From the human T2T-CHM13v2.0 reference genome, Homo sapiens: a DNA stretch of 64,000 nucleotides. Made by a program: the position numbers and the translations under genes. Shown piece by piece: positions 1 to 12,188 of the stretch; the first letter of the stretch is position 1; the number at the start of each line of letters is the position of its first letter. The DNA lies in NCBI RefSeq assembly GCF_009914755.1, contig NC_060926.1, one strand, 5' to 3'. Below the pieces are notes generated by a model, which saw nothing but the letters and a program-made list of their open reading frames with translations, had not been told where the DNA came from and did not search any database.

Positions 1-1119
1 TTGTGTTGAACTTAATTATTGATCACTCTGTGTAAGATACCATACCAAGAGTAATTGAAAATACATTTGTGAAGCAGATATTGATTGACATTTGGTCCTC
101 AAGAAGTGTACAACCATGTCAAAGAGATAAAACGTATGTGTTCAGGTCACATTGCATGCTTGCTTTCTTCCTTCTAGTTTGTAAAATTAATAGCATGAGA
201 TTGCTATCTTATGGCTCAGTGTTATAAATAAAGCCAATAAATATTAATTGAATTGAACTGTAATCCCAGCCTAAATTATGTCTAATTTGGGGATAAACTT
301 AAGAAAAAAACTAAAGTAACAAAACACTTAACTTAAAATTATTGTCATTTTCCCTCTTGAAATCTTCCAACTTTCAGGTGAAAGTTTCTTAAAACACAGC
401 CAAATTAGCTCAAACCACCTGACCACTTAAGTCTTTCTCTCTAATGTATAAAATCGTATTATAAAATTTTGAAAGAGGGTTATCTCAAATGGCCTCATTT
501 ATTTCCTATAAAAAATGCAAATCTCTAAACATTTAATTCCATTTGAATATTATATTCATCTTTCAAAATCAAGCTGAAATGCCTCTTCTTTCATAGTCTT
601 TTTCTGTTTTTGTAAGGCAGTTACTTGATGTCTCTTTCTCTATTCTTCCTATTTTATGTTTTAGGTCCTTAATAGCAATAGTCATGTTGAATTGTGGTTA
701 GCTATTTATGCCCAGCTCTCTCCATAAACTGTTTATGCTATATACCGTAGTGAGTTTCTCTATAAATTCAATTTCCTAGCTCCTATTATTGTTGCTGTAA
801 AATCCATTTGATTAGATGTTATCAATTTTAGATAATTCAGTGAGCATTATTGAATCTATTACCAATAGAATCTATTACCAATAGAAAGCAAGAGGTTTTT
901 GCTATTTGTAAAATTTTTCTATAGACTGGAAAGGCAGCAGTGGCAAGTATATTTAAAGTCTATTGTTTATTTTATGCTTTCCTCATAGAAAAGAATATTA
1001 TATGAATTATTTGATATACAGTATCCTAGTTCCTTTATTTGGGCTAAAATAATATATTTCTTCACCATTAAAAATCCACCTTCACCTGAGGATTTAACAA
1101 ATGATTAATTTTGTTTCTC

Positions 1120-1493
<374 letters not shown>

Positions 1494-2958
1494 TAAGTAG
1501 CCAAACTTAAAACAAACCAAAGAGGTTATGCAGGTCAACATAAACACTTTGAGATAAATGCAATTATCAAGAGAACATATTTTAAAATACTGTGCAGAAT
1601 TTATAACAGAGAAAAGTTGGTGACATAATTTATTTTGCAATCTAATCTTTTTTTTTTTTTTTTGCCAGAGTTTGATGGTTTTCTAAAATAATCTTTTAAG
1701 GAGCAAGAACTTCCCATTTGAATTGATATTTATGGTTAATAAGATTTGAAAAATTTGAAGGACAGCATTTAAATCTCTTTGTCACTGCTATGGCTTGCAC
1801 TAAAATGAATGCCCGGCCCTATAGGAAATTTGTTTTAAGCCCACAATAAATACGTCACTTAACCACTCTAGGACTCAACATTTTTTTCTTGAAAAATAGG
1901 GAACAAATAAATGTTTTTAATGCCCCTCCCAGATCGAACATTGTATGATCTTTCTGCTAATTTTTAAATCATTTTATAGGGAAAAACTTGATAGGTACTC
2001 TTTTACATTAGATCATGTTAGAAAAGGAACAAAGAGAAATAAACAGCTCTATTCTAACGTAATATCTACTTTGTGCTATTTTTAAATATATTTTACTTTA
2101 TACTTCCAGTGATGTTGTAAGACATTTATAGCTCTGTATTAAAGATAAAAATGAACAGATCATCAAATTTAAAACAAAACAAAACAAACTTTGTTCCAGA
2201 TCACATGGTTAGTAGATAACCCAGCTGAGATTTAACCCCAAGGCTCGCTCTGTTTATATATCTCATTAAGTATACCTTGTATGTTATTTTTACAATCTAT
2301 TCAAAACTCAGTGTCTCAGTTTAATATAGACATGTAATATACACTAGATTTCACTCTAGATTATTAATGACAACCTTCTCATCCCCATTTCCTCCCACTC
2401 AATGTCAAACACAAGGTTACTTTTAGCAAAGTATACCTATAGGGGAGAAAAACTTTCTCACCCATTGCAAGGTTCATTGCTGAGGCCCCTATAACAGAAG
2501 ACAAATTAAGAGAAAATGCACATTTATCAAATACAAGTTTTCATGACATAGAAGCCTTCCTAAAAGAAGATCCAAAGAAATAAGAGAAACTATATTTTTG
2601 TGGTAAAGCATATCAGAGGCATTCGAACAAGAGTGACTACCTTGAATAGCAGCTGGGCAAAATTAGGCTGAGACCTGCTGGGCTTGAATTCCCAGGAAGT
2701 TAGGCATTTTTAGTCACAGGATGAAATAGGAAGTTGGCACAAGATACACAGTCATAAAGACCTCGCTGATAAAACAGGATGTAGTAAAGAAGCCAGCTAA
2801 AACTCATCAGAACCAAGATGGTGATCAAAGGGACCTTTGGTATTCATCACTGCCCATTATATGCTAATTATAATGCACTGGCATGCTAAAAGACATTTCC
2901 ACCAGCGCCATGACCGTTTACAAATGCCATGGCAACATCAGGAAGTTACCCTATATGG

Positions 2959-3287
2959 CAGGGGTCCCCAACCTGCGGGCTGTGGACCAGTACCCATCCA
3001 TGGACTATTAGGAATCACGCAGCACAGCCACAGATGAGTAGCAGGCGAGTGAGAATTACCACCTGAGCTCTGCCTCTAGTCAGATCAGCGGTGGCATTAG
3101 ATTCTCATAGAAGTGCAAACCCTATTGTGAACTGCACATGCGAGGGATCTAGGTTGCACACTCCTTATGAGATTCTAATTAATGCCTGATGATCTGAGGT
3201 GGAACAGTTTCATCTCAAAACCACACCGTACACTGCCACCCTCTAAAAGAAATTGGTCCCTGGTGCCAAAAAGGTTGGGGACCACTT
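2959..3287 (+). mobile_element. MER1B non-autonomous hAT-Charlie DNA transposon
   Basis: Terminal inverted repeats CAGGGGTCCCCAACC / GGTTGGGGACCACT; perfect 8-bp TSD ctatatgg at 2951-2958 and 3288-3295, typical of hAT elements. Confidence 0.92.
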
Positions 3288-3319
3288 CTATATGGTCTAA
3301 AAAGGGGAGGAACCCTCAG

Positions 3320-3349
3320 TTCTGGGAATTGCCTACCCCTTTCCTGGAA
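3320..3349. promoter_or_regulatory. Tandem GAS (STAT1) motifs within MER41B
   Basis: TTCTGGGAA at 3320-3328 and TTCCTGGAA at 3341-3349 both fit TTCN3GAA. Activity is not shown by sequence alone. Confidence 0.55.
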
Positions 3350-5068
3350 AACTCATAAACAACCCCTTGCTTAGCATATAATCAAGAAATAACTGTAAGT
3401 ATACTCAGTCGAGCAGCCCACACCGCTGCTCTGCCTATGGAGTAGCCATTCTTTCGGTACTTTTGTTTCTTAATAAACATCCTTGCACTTTACTCTGTGG
3501 ACTACACCTGAATTATTTCCTGTACAAGGTCCAATAATCCTCTCTTGCGGTCTGGATGGAGATCCTTTTCTGATAACAGTCATGCAAGTGTATAATTAGA
3601 GGACAAAGGCTATGGTAATAAACTAGGTTAACTTAGCAAGGTCTATTAGTGCAGATTCTTCTCTGTGTTCCTGTATGGTATTCTTTTCCTCTAGGTATAG
3701 GGTGGACACATCTGGAATGAAGGTTCTATGACCTACCTTAGAGAGAGGCCAGCAAATTCTCTTATAGCCTCCTTCAAGGGAAAAGGGTGAGGGAAAGGTG
3801 AGAGTGAACTTCCTGCTTCAGTTCCTTCCTGCTTCTGCTCCTTCTTCAAATGCCAAGATGCTATATTTTGGAGTAGCATGTCCTGAACCCCATTTCACCT
3901 AAGGCTTACCCAAGAGTTTTATTTTAAATCGTCCCTCTATTGTCACATCAGGAACACTCTTGGAGTTAACATTTAAATGAAAATGCATATTTAGATAATT
4001 AATATATTTCAACACAATCAGAGATGCCAAGATTATACAAGCAATTGCTGGCAGACCTTTAAAAAGTGTTAAATTCCACTGGCTGTTTTTACATGTAACT
4101 TGTTAGAAGCAGCATTTCACTCTCAACCAATGGAGGGGAAAAACAATTATATTGTGAAATCCAAAATAATGACTCCATTCCACCATCCTGTGTTACTTAA
4201 GTCTGCTAATTGTTTTATTTTGAATCCCTGTGGTTTGGTTAATTTAGGTGATTGAAGTTCTTTGAAAACCTCCACTCTTGCCAAACTTGGCTTTTGATGA
4301 GTCACTTTGAAGTGACTTGGGTGCCTTGGTGAAAGGTAGACAAATACAGTCCCACCCCACCAGGTGTCCTTGCCTTCGAAGGCTTACTAACTCCCCAGGT
4401 CCAGGAGCTAAATTCTATTTGGCTGCTTTTAAGGAGAATCCTGAAGTCAGGATACAATAATATTGTGCAAAACTGAATGTTTAAAACTACTTCCCAAGTC
4501 ATTCTGAATTTCATTATGTAATAGAAATGGCCAATTCTAGCATAGTTATATTCCAGAATATCCTCACATAAAAGTTGATTTGGAAAAAAATAAAAATTAC
4601 AAATTGAAGTATAAGGTTATTTGAGCTTTGACTGAATATAATTGTTTTGTCACATTTCTGCCTTTCTAAAGTAAATGTATGTGAGTACTGAATAATATTA
4701 ATTCAGGAATGGCAATGCTTGAAAAGTAGGAATTGAGTTGATAATAAGGAAATTTTCCAGATGGTTTTAAATTATAATTCAGCTCAGAACCCAGGTTTCC
4801 GTCAACATTTTTTGCCCAAAAATTAAATGATAAATTCTAACATTAAATCCTGACATGTTCAGGATAACTCATTAATGCAGTGGAATAATATTTCTCAGTA
4901 TATTCTAATAAGAGGATCCCTTTAAACATGAAAAATATTGGGAAACATACAAATGATAATAATCATTCAAACTGGGAAATTCATTGCTTTTTTCATGGAC
5001 TTAAAAAAGTATTTAAAAAACTACTGTTAAATCAATAGTAGTAAATTATTTAATAGGAATTATAGCAA

Positions 5069-5795
5069 TGAAACCACCTTCGAAAAATTATAACTGAGGA
5101 AATTATGATGGGGAAAGGGAGAGAGAGCAGAACCAACCAACCCCATCTTGCTTCTAACCTCTAAGCTGTCCTAGTTCATTCTCAATTAACCTTGGGAAGC
5201 AATTTAGTTTACAGTTTAACTTTGAAACAAAAATAATAATAGCTCTTCCCCAGAAAAAAACAAAACAAACAAACAAAAAAAACCTTTTGTGCCTGGGGAC
5301 CAGTCTGCCTTTGTAGGACCAACAAATTAGCTACAAGATTAGAAATTACAATTTAGGGGCCATGGAGCAAGAGTCTGAATTTCCCCAAATTGCTCCTGGG
5401 AATAATATCACTGTCATAAAACCTAAGATCAGTGCTTGAGATATTGTGCAAACCCTGCGTTCCAATGCACCAGCTGACACTGCCCAGACCAGTAATCTGA
5501 GTCAACCAAATCTGTGATTCCATCCAGGAACAGAAGACAGCAAGAACTTACTTCAACCCACTATGATTTCATCTCCAACCCGACCAATCAGCACTCCCCA
5601 CTTCCTGAGCCTCTACCCACCAAATTATCTTGAAAAATTTGGATTCCCCAGTTTTCAGGGAGACTGATTTGAGTAATAATAAAACTCCAGTCTCCCTCAC
5701 AGAATGCTCTGAATGAATTACTCTTTATTGCAATTTCTCTGTCTAAATTGGCTCTGTCTAGGCAGTAGGTAAGCTGAACCCATTAGGCAGTCATA
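5069..5795 (+). mobile_element. LTR8-family solo LTR (ERV1; LTR8A/8B-like)
   Basis: Starts TGAAACCACCTT; contains CCATCTTGCTTCTAACCTCTAAGCTGTCC and CCTAAGATCAGTGCTTGAGATATT; AATAAA near 5677; LTR8-like 3' end. Confidence 0.85.
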
Positions 5796-5991
5796 CCAAT
5801 ATCTACATTTATTAAAAATATGTATTTAAATAAAGTTTATTATTCAAACCTCAATAAGGTTTGTTGTACATTTAGATTAACAGGCAACTTGCAACAAATC
5901 TATGACTCTTCAGAATTATTCTGCCTCATGTTTGGTATCCAATGTTGGAAAAAATAGAAAAAAAAAAAAAAAAGAATTGGTTTCTAGCCCG

Positions 5992-6391
5992 TGTCAGGCC
6001 TCTGAGCCCAAGCTAAGCCATCATATCCCCTGTGACCTGCACGTATACATCCAGACGGCCTGAAGTAACTTAAGAATCACAAAAGAAGTGAAAATGGCCT
6101 GTTCCTGCCTTAACTGATGACATTACCTTGTGAAATTCCTTCTCCTGGCTCATCCTGGCTCAAAAGCTCCCCCACTGAGCACCTTGTGACCCCCGCCCCT
6201 GCCCGCCAGAGAACAACCCCCTTTGACTGTAATTTTCCACTACCCACCCAAATCTTATAAAACAGCCCCACCTCTATCTCCCTTCGCTGACTCTTTTTTC
6301 TGACTCAGCCCGCCTGAACCCAAGTGATTAAAAAGCTTTAGTGCTCACACAAAGCCTGTTTGGTGGTCTCTTCACACGGACACGAGTGAAA
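5992..6391 (+). mobile_element. HERV-H solo LTR (LTR7 family, possibly LTR7B-type)
   Basis: TGTCAGGCCTCTGAGCCCAAGCTAAGCC ... GGTGGTCTCTTCACACGGACACGAGTGAAA; perfect 5-bp TSD gcccg at 5987-5991 and 6392-6396; GC box about 6190-6199; TATAAAA at 6256-6262. Confidence 0.95.
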
Positions 6392-6767
6392 GCCCGAATT
6401 TTGAAAATAATTATTTTCAGAAGTTATGTAAGTAAACTGACATCTTGGTAATGCACTTTATTCTCTAGGCTTAATTTTCTTCCCTACCAAAATCAAGGGC
6501 TGAATTTTATGATTTTCATGATCCCTTTTAGCATTTCCTTCTGATACATTAATCCATTTTTATGAATTTTAAAAAGTGTTGTGATTTTTCTTGCTATTAT
6601 AGCAGTGTTATGACATATAGATTGAATAACTGAGTATTAATTCACATTCTTGGATCAATTTCTGTCTACAGCAAAACATATTTTGCTTAATTATTTGTAT
6701 ATTTTAAGTGAAAATATTGTGTGACCTGAGGTATCAAGATCATTGCTTTAATAAACCATTTAACCAC

Positions 6768-6793
6768 CTTTTTTTTTTTTTTTTTTTTTTTTT
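6768..6793. repeat. poly(T) tract
   Basis: About 25 consecutive T. Confidence 0.9.
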
Positions 6794-6986
6794 CAGAATA
6801 GCCAGTGTTTCCTAGTAATTTATTTTCTAAAAACATAAAGATCCCCAGAAGCGTGATACCAGGCACTCTTTGTCACTGCCACAACCTTTGTTCCATATGT
6901 TTGAAATTTACCATATGCTTTGTTGAACTCTGAATATCTTTTCAGAACTTATGTAAGTAAATTAACATCTTGGTAATGCACTTTAA

Positions 6987-7435
6987 CTGAGACAGGTCTC
7001 AGTTAATTTAGAAAGTTCAGTTTGCCATGGTTGAGATGGGCACCTACAACACAGCCTCAGGAGGTCTCGATGACATGTGCCCAAGGTGGTCAGAGCACAG
7101 TTTGGTTTTATACATTTTGGGGAGACTTGAGACATTGATCAACATATGTAAGATGAACATTGGTTCTGTCTGGAAAGACTGGACAACTCGAAGCAAGGGT
7201 GGGACAACTGGAAGCAGGGAGGGGGTTTCCAGGTCATAGGTAGGTAAGAGACAAACAGTTGCATTCTTTTGAGTTTCTGATTAGCCTCTCCAAAGGAGGC
7301 AATCAGATATGCATTTATCTCAGTGAGCAGAGGGGTGACTTTTAATAGAATGGGAGGCAGGTTTGACCTAAGCAGCTGCCAGCTTCACTTTTAGCTTAGT
7401 GATTTTGGGGACTTCAGATTTATTTTTCTTTCACA
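6987..7435 (-). mobile_element. MER4A/MER4A1 LTR (ERV1), last ~15 bp missing
   Basis: Minus strand starts TGTGAAAGAAAAATAAATCTG..CCCCAAAATCACTAAGCTAA and matches MER4A1 up to CTGAGACCTGTCTCAG. Confidence 0.88.
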
Positions 7436-7819
7436 GCTTCAATTCTACCAAAGGTGTCAGTAGTCAGAACAGTCATGGATATTTAGCAATATTCGCTGCA
7501 TTAAAATTGTATTAATTCCTGTCTTCCTTTTTGTGCTTCAGAAATATCAGACATGGAATGGATTTTACTTCAGATAATTAAGAATTGGCTCTTTGATCTT
7601 GGTTCCAGGCAAATTACCTCTGAGTTTGTGACAACAGAAAATGTAACTTTGTAATTTCTTACTACAATTCACTACCGATTTTTAAAAGTGTCTTGAAAAC
7701 TCATTGTATCAATGTCAATTGTGACTTTTACATAATGCTAAATTTTCAATTCATTTTTCCTTTATTTTTTAAGTAACAAATAACTTTCTAGTATCTATAA
7801 TTTTTTAACTGGCTCTTCT

Positions 7820-7906
7820 AAAATAAATAAATAAATATATATATATACACACATATATATGTATATATATGTATATACGTACATACACACACACACACAC
7901 ACACAC
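7820..7906. repeat. Compound (TAAA)n(TA)n(CA)n microsatellite
   Basis: Seen directly. Confidence 0.9.
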
Positions 7907-10599
7907 AAGCCAGTAATCTCTTTTTCACTGCCACAATCTTTGTTCCATATGTTTGAAATTTACCATATGCTTTGTTGAACTCCGAATATCTTTTCAAAAC
8001 TTAAGTAAGTAAATTAACATCTTGGTAAAGAAAAAATATCATTACAGTTAATGCTTAAGGATACATAAATTCCATAAAGAAATACCAACTACTATTAATA
8101 ATATCAGATAAAATAATGGAAAGGATACTATAATAGAAGTCAGTAATTAAAACAGAATAAAGAAGGAAAGAAAGGAGGAAGAGAGAAAGGAAGGAAGGAA
8201 AAAGGAAAATGAGCAGAACTGATAAAATCATTCTTCATGCTGCTGTGTGTAAGGAATTAGATGTACCAGCAGAACTCACTTGTTTCTTCTACTTCTCTCT
8301 CCATGCCTACAATGCCAAATCAGTATCTCATTTTGCTTTTTTTGAACAAAGAACATAAGGTGAAAATGTTGTCAGTGTTTGAGAAATGTACTGCCTTAGG
8401 TTCTGCCCCTTTCTCCTCTGCTCTCCTTTTGCTCTTCTTGGTTTGTTGGTTTATTTCAATCCCCTAGTCACCGTTTCCTTTCTCTATTTCTTCCAACATA
8501 AATAGAAGGAGAACTCCTGAACACATGTTTTTATGTTCTCTCTTCTTCCCAAATAAAAGAGGATGGGAAGGAGCAGGCTGTGGTTGGTGAATGGTGAGTG
8601 GTTTTGCTCATCAACATGCATACTGGTTTGTCTCTTTAGCTCTTTGCACACTAAATGCTGCTTATCACATGGGCATTGAGTGAGCTCATAAAAGCCCCTG
8701 GAAGCAGGCAACATCAATCCTCTGGCTTCCAGCTCCCTCCTCTGTTGCAGTGAGGCCACATTTGGCTGCTGCACTTGACAGAATCAGTTTTCATTGGCTA
8801 AAACTGTTTTTTGCTTCAGAGCTCTCAAAACTGCCTTGGGAAAAACAAAACAACAACAAAAAACGTGGTCTGTTTTTCCCTTTCATGCAGCTTTTGGGAC
8901 AGCCCAACATTACTGGCTTGTGTGTGTGTGTATGTACATACATACATACATACGTACATATATATATATTTATTTATTTATTTTAGAAGAGCCAGTTAAA
9001 AAATTATCTTTATAGATACTAGAAAGTTATTTGTTACTTAAAAAAAAAAGGAAAAAAATGAATTGAAAATATGTCAGATCATTCATAGTGCATTCATCAA
9101 CAGTAGCAGCTCCCTAACCCTTAGAATCAATGTACTAGTGATGGGCCACTATATCAATTTTAAACTATCAGAAGAAGAAAAGAAGTAAAGAGGACCTCAG
9201 TAATCTGATTAAGTATTGCAGGTGAGAGAGAGCAGATCAACATGAACAGCAATTCCATTTTGATTCAGTGCCCCTTTTCATCTGAAGAAGTGAAGTATTT
9301 CAAAATATTTGAAACTCCCTCCTGGTAGAAAGTTGCTTAGTGAAAGATGCTGACTCATTTCTGTGAATGACGATATTGGATATTGTAATCTGCATTATTT
9401 AGCCCGTTGTGTGATATTAATCCATATTTTAAAAAGAAAGGAGAGGAGATGAGAGAGAAGGGAAGAGCAGAGAGGAGAAATGGAGATGTAGAAGTGAAGG
9501 AAGGCTATATGCCTCAGGTGGAGTAACTTAGAAGCTTGCAGCATAACCAGAAACGTATGCTATTTCCAGATTTCTCATGCAAAACACAAGTTATAAAAAT
9601 AGGATTTTATTCACCAGGATGAATATGCAGATTGTCAGAAAAGCAATAACTTTATTGAAAGCCCTTGCTATGGATGAAAGCTCCTGATCTAGTTCTCTTA
9701 TTTTTTCACTGGGATGCATTGACATCTACATGAAAACCCATTCAATAGACACTGTTAACATTTATATATTCTGAAAAGCAAAAACATGGGCATCATACTC
9801 TTAGTTTCTGAAACAGTTCCATTCCTTAAAGTCATGTAAGTCCAAAATAAATCAAGATCAGAACCGAGAATGTTATGGTCCAGATTCCTTTGGCCTATTT
9901 CCTGAATGAATTAAGCTTAGTGCATTTGTATGAATTGTTCTGTCAATCTTCATTTGTTCAAATTTTGTGCCAAGAAATATTTTAGTGTTGAACTACTGTA
10001 TGGTACTGAATAAGGCATTTCTCTCTCCCCTTTAAGCTTGCAATCAAGTGGGTACAAACAAAAACAAATCATAAACATATAAATAAATAAGATCCATACA
10101 TTAATTGGGCAGTGTTTAGTGCAGTTAACAAAAACACTCTAGATACTTTAAACAGAAGAGTTTGAAACGAAAGTTAATAGAGAAATACAGACAAAATGGT
10201 TCAAAAGGCTGAACAAGTGAAAGTCAGAGCCCTGCCACTGGAGCTCATATGTTCAAAGTCCCTCCAGTGTTGTGTAACCACATTCAAAGAGCTAGTGTTG
10301 AGCCACAGTTGCCTCTAGCATCCATGAAACTAGAGAGAATACACTGAAACACAAAATAGCGTCTTGGTCTTCTTATCTCAACAACCTTGTTTGTCAGCGT
10401 AAGCAAGGCAATAGCCTGTACTTCACTTGTGTTTTTCAAAAGTTACTTAAAACTTAATTTTGATTGAGAATTCTAGTGCAAAGAAGTCTGGTAAGTGTAG
10501 ATTTTTTAGCTCACCAGTGTCTGTGGTATAGAAAGGCAGTTTAGAGGGAGGGTAGAGTGGAGGTTGAGTGAATCAATTCACATAACCTATCATACTGCA

Positions 10600-11240
10600 G
10601 ATTAAGATAAATAATATAAGGAAGTAATATAAATGACATGACAGAAAATAAAATGTCAGTGGTAGTAGCTTACTATGATAGGCTGGTCAGAGAGGGCTCT
10701 TTGTGTAGCTGACATTTGATTGTAGACCTGAAGAAAGGCACTGATGTTAGCCATCTGAAGAGCTAGAGGGAAAAAAACCCACAAAGTAATGAACAAGGGG
10801 AAAGACAGCATTTGCGAAGGGGCTTGATGCATCTGAGGAAGAGAAAGAAGCCAAGTGTGGCTCAATTGCAATGAAGTGAGAGAGTGGGTCTTGAAGGTAT
10901 AACATGAAGAGAGGAAGCCAAGTAAAACTAGAATCATGCTGGATCTTACAAATCATAAGATAAATAAACAACTACTAAAAAGTTTCAAGCAGAACAGCAA
11001 GATGATCTCATTCGCTTTCTAAACAAACTATTGAGTTTATGTGCTACATAGACTGTGGATTGAGATAATTCAACACAGAAGCTGAAAATAAGTTAGGGAC
11101 TCTTGCGATAATCTCTTATGGCTTAGACTCACAGGCATTGTAAGTCGGCTGCAGGAAAACAATGGAATTTGAGGCATAGCATGGGGTAGACCTGACAGAT
11201 TATGATATGTCCCATGGAACATGGCAAGGGTATATTAGAA
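10600..11240 (-). mobile_element. L2 LINE relic
   Basis: Degenerate L2 3' region motifs (GGTCAGAGAGGGCTCT, GACATTTGATTGTAGACCTGAAG, TTCAAGCAGAACAG). Confidence 0.55.
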
Positions 11241-12075
11241 AGAGAAGATCAAAGGATTGGTGGAAAAATTCATTGCATTTCCAAGTCTTTTCCTTACCGT
11301 TGCTCCTGACACTGTAGCTTTTATTTTTTTTCACCTCTTGAACTTGACATTTGATATTTCCTTTAATTCTGACTTTAGTTCTCCTTCAGGACTGCAGTTG
11401 TACTTATCCTTTGGATTGAGACTGCTTCTAACATATGACAAGAACAACCCAATTCAATACAGTCTTATCTACTTTTTGTTTGAGCTAACATGAGCAGCCA
11501 GTTTGGCCAAAAACTTTGCTGATGACTTTGGGGGAGTGATGGTAATTGCGTAACTTAAAAGATTATTTTAACTTTCCCAATTATTGAAGAACATAGATCT
11601 CAAAAATAAGTAAAATAAGTTTCACAACATTTGTTTAATACATTCTTTACAAAATACCTTGACTAATAAATGCATTACTTCAGGATTACTTGATCTGGGA
11701 GTGGGTGACCAAGAACTTTTGCCCTCCTTTTTCCAGACTGACAACAAACATATTTATGTTCACTGTGTCAAATGTCACTGCTCAATTTTTTTTTGGAAAT
11801 AAATGACATTTGCATAGTTTGAAAACAGCAGAACTTGAGGAATTTTTGTTGGCTACTCAGTCAGTTATAGTTTTCTAACCAGGCTGTGGCAAGCAAACAA
11901 CTTGAAAGAAAATTGACAGGAGACAAGTAGCTCTAGGTCAAAGAAAATGCTCTTAGATGACAAAATGAATTAAGGCACAGGCAAATACCTCGGAAATAAA
12001 GGTGATAGCAAAGTTGAGGAAAACAGATGTTATATTGACCTCAGTTCATTGGAATCAAATAACTAATTTGCTTAC

Positions 12076-12188
12076 CATCGTCTAATACTTTGAAATGGTC
12101 CCTGAGGAAGCCAGGAGTAGCAGTGAATTTGTAAACTGGATACTTCCACATTTTGGTGAGGTGCATTTTGTGAGAACAAAAGCAATCC
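12076..12188 (-). other. Candidate 113-nt internal exon, probably non-coding
   Basis: Minus-strand acceptor tgtgtttgcattccaacag|G and donor ATG|gtaagc, in non-repetitive sequence. Confidence 0.35.

Larger units (their letters stand above)
2611..3578 (+). mobile_element. MER41B solo LTR (ERV1), interrupted by MER1B
   Basis: Matches recalled MER41B consensus from T(A)TCAGAGGCATTCGAAC...GGCTGAGACCTGCTGGG to ...GGTCTGGATGGAGATCCTTTTCTGATAACA, including the GAS-containing segment. Confidence 0.9.
2440..3897 (-). mobile_element. Old ERV1-class LTR (MER34/MER39-like, subfamily uncertain), split by MER41B into 2440-2610 and 3579-3897
   Basis: Minus strand begins TGAAATGGGGTTCAGGACATGCTACTCCAAAATAT and ends ...TTTCTCCCCTA; the two halves read as one LTR across the MER41B insertion; possible TSD ccta. 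Confidence 0.65.
6866..8028 (+). repeat. Local dispersed direct repeat: 111-bp copies at 6866-6976 and 7918-8028, plus a 47-bp partial copy at 6414-6460
   Basis: Direct comparison gives 5 mismatches in 111 bp; 6414-6460 vs 6939-6985 gives 3 mismatches in 47 bp. Confidence 0.9.

Noticed and set aside
8480-8920. Slightly GC-richer unique segment as an enhancer or exon
   Set aside because: No diagnostic motif cluster or splice-site pair; conservation cannot be judged from one sequence.
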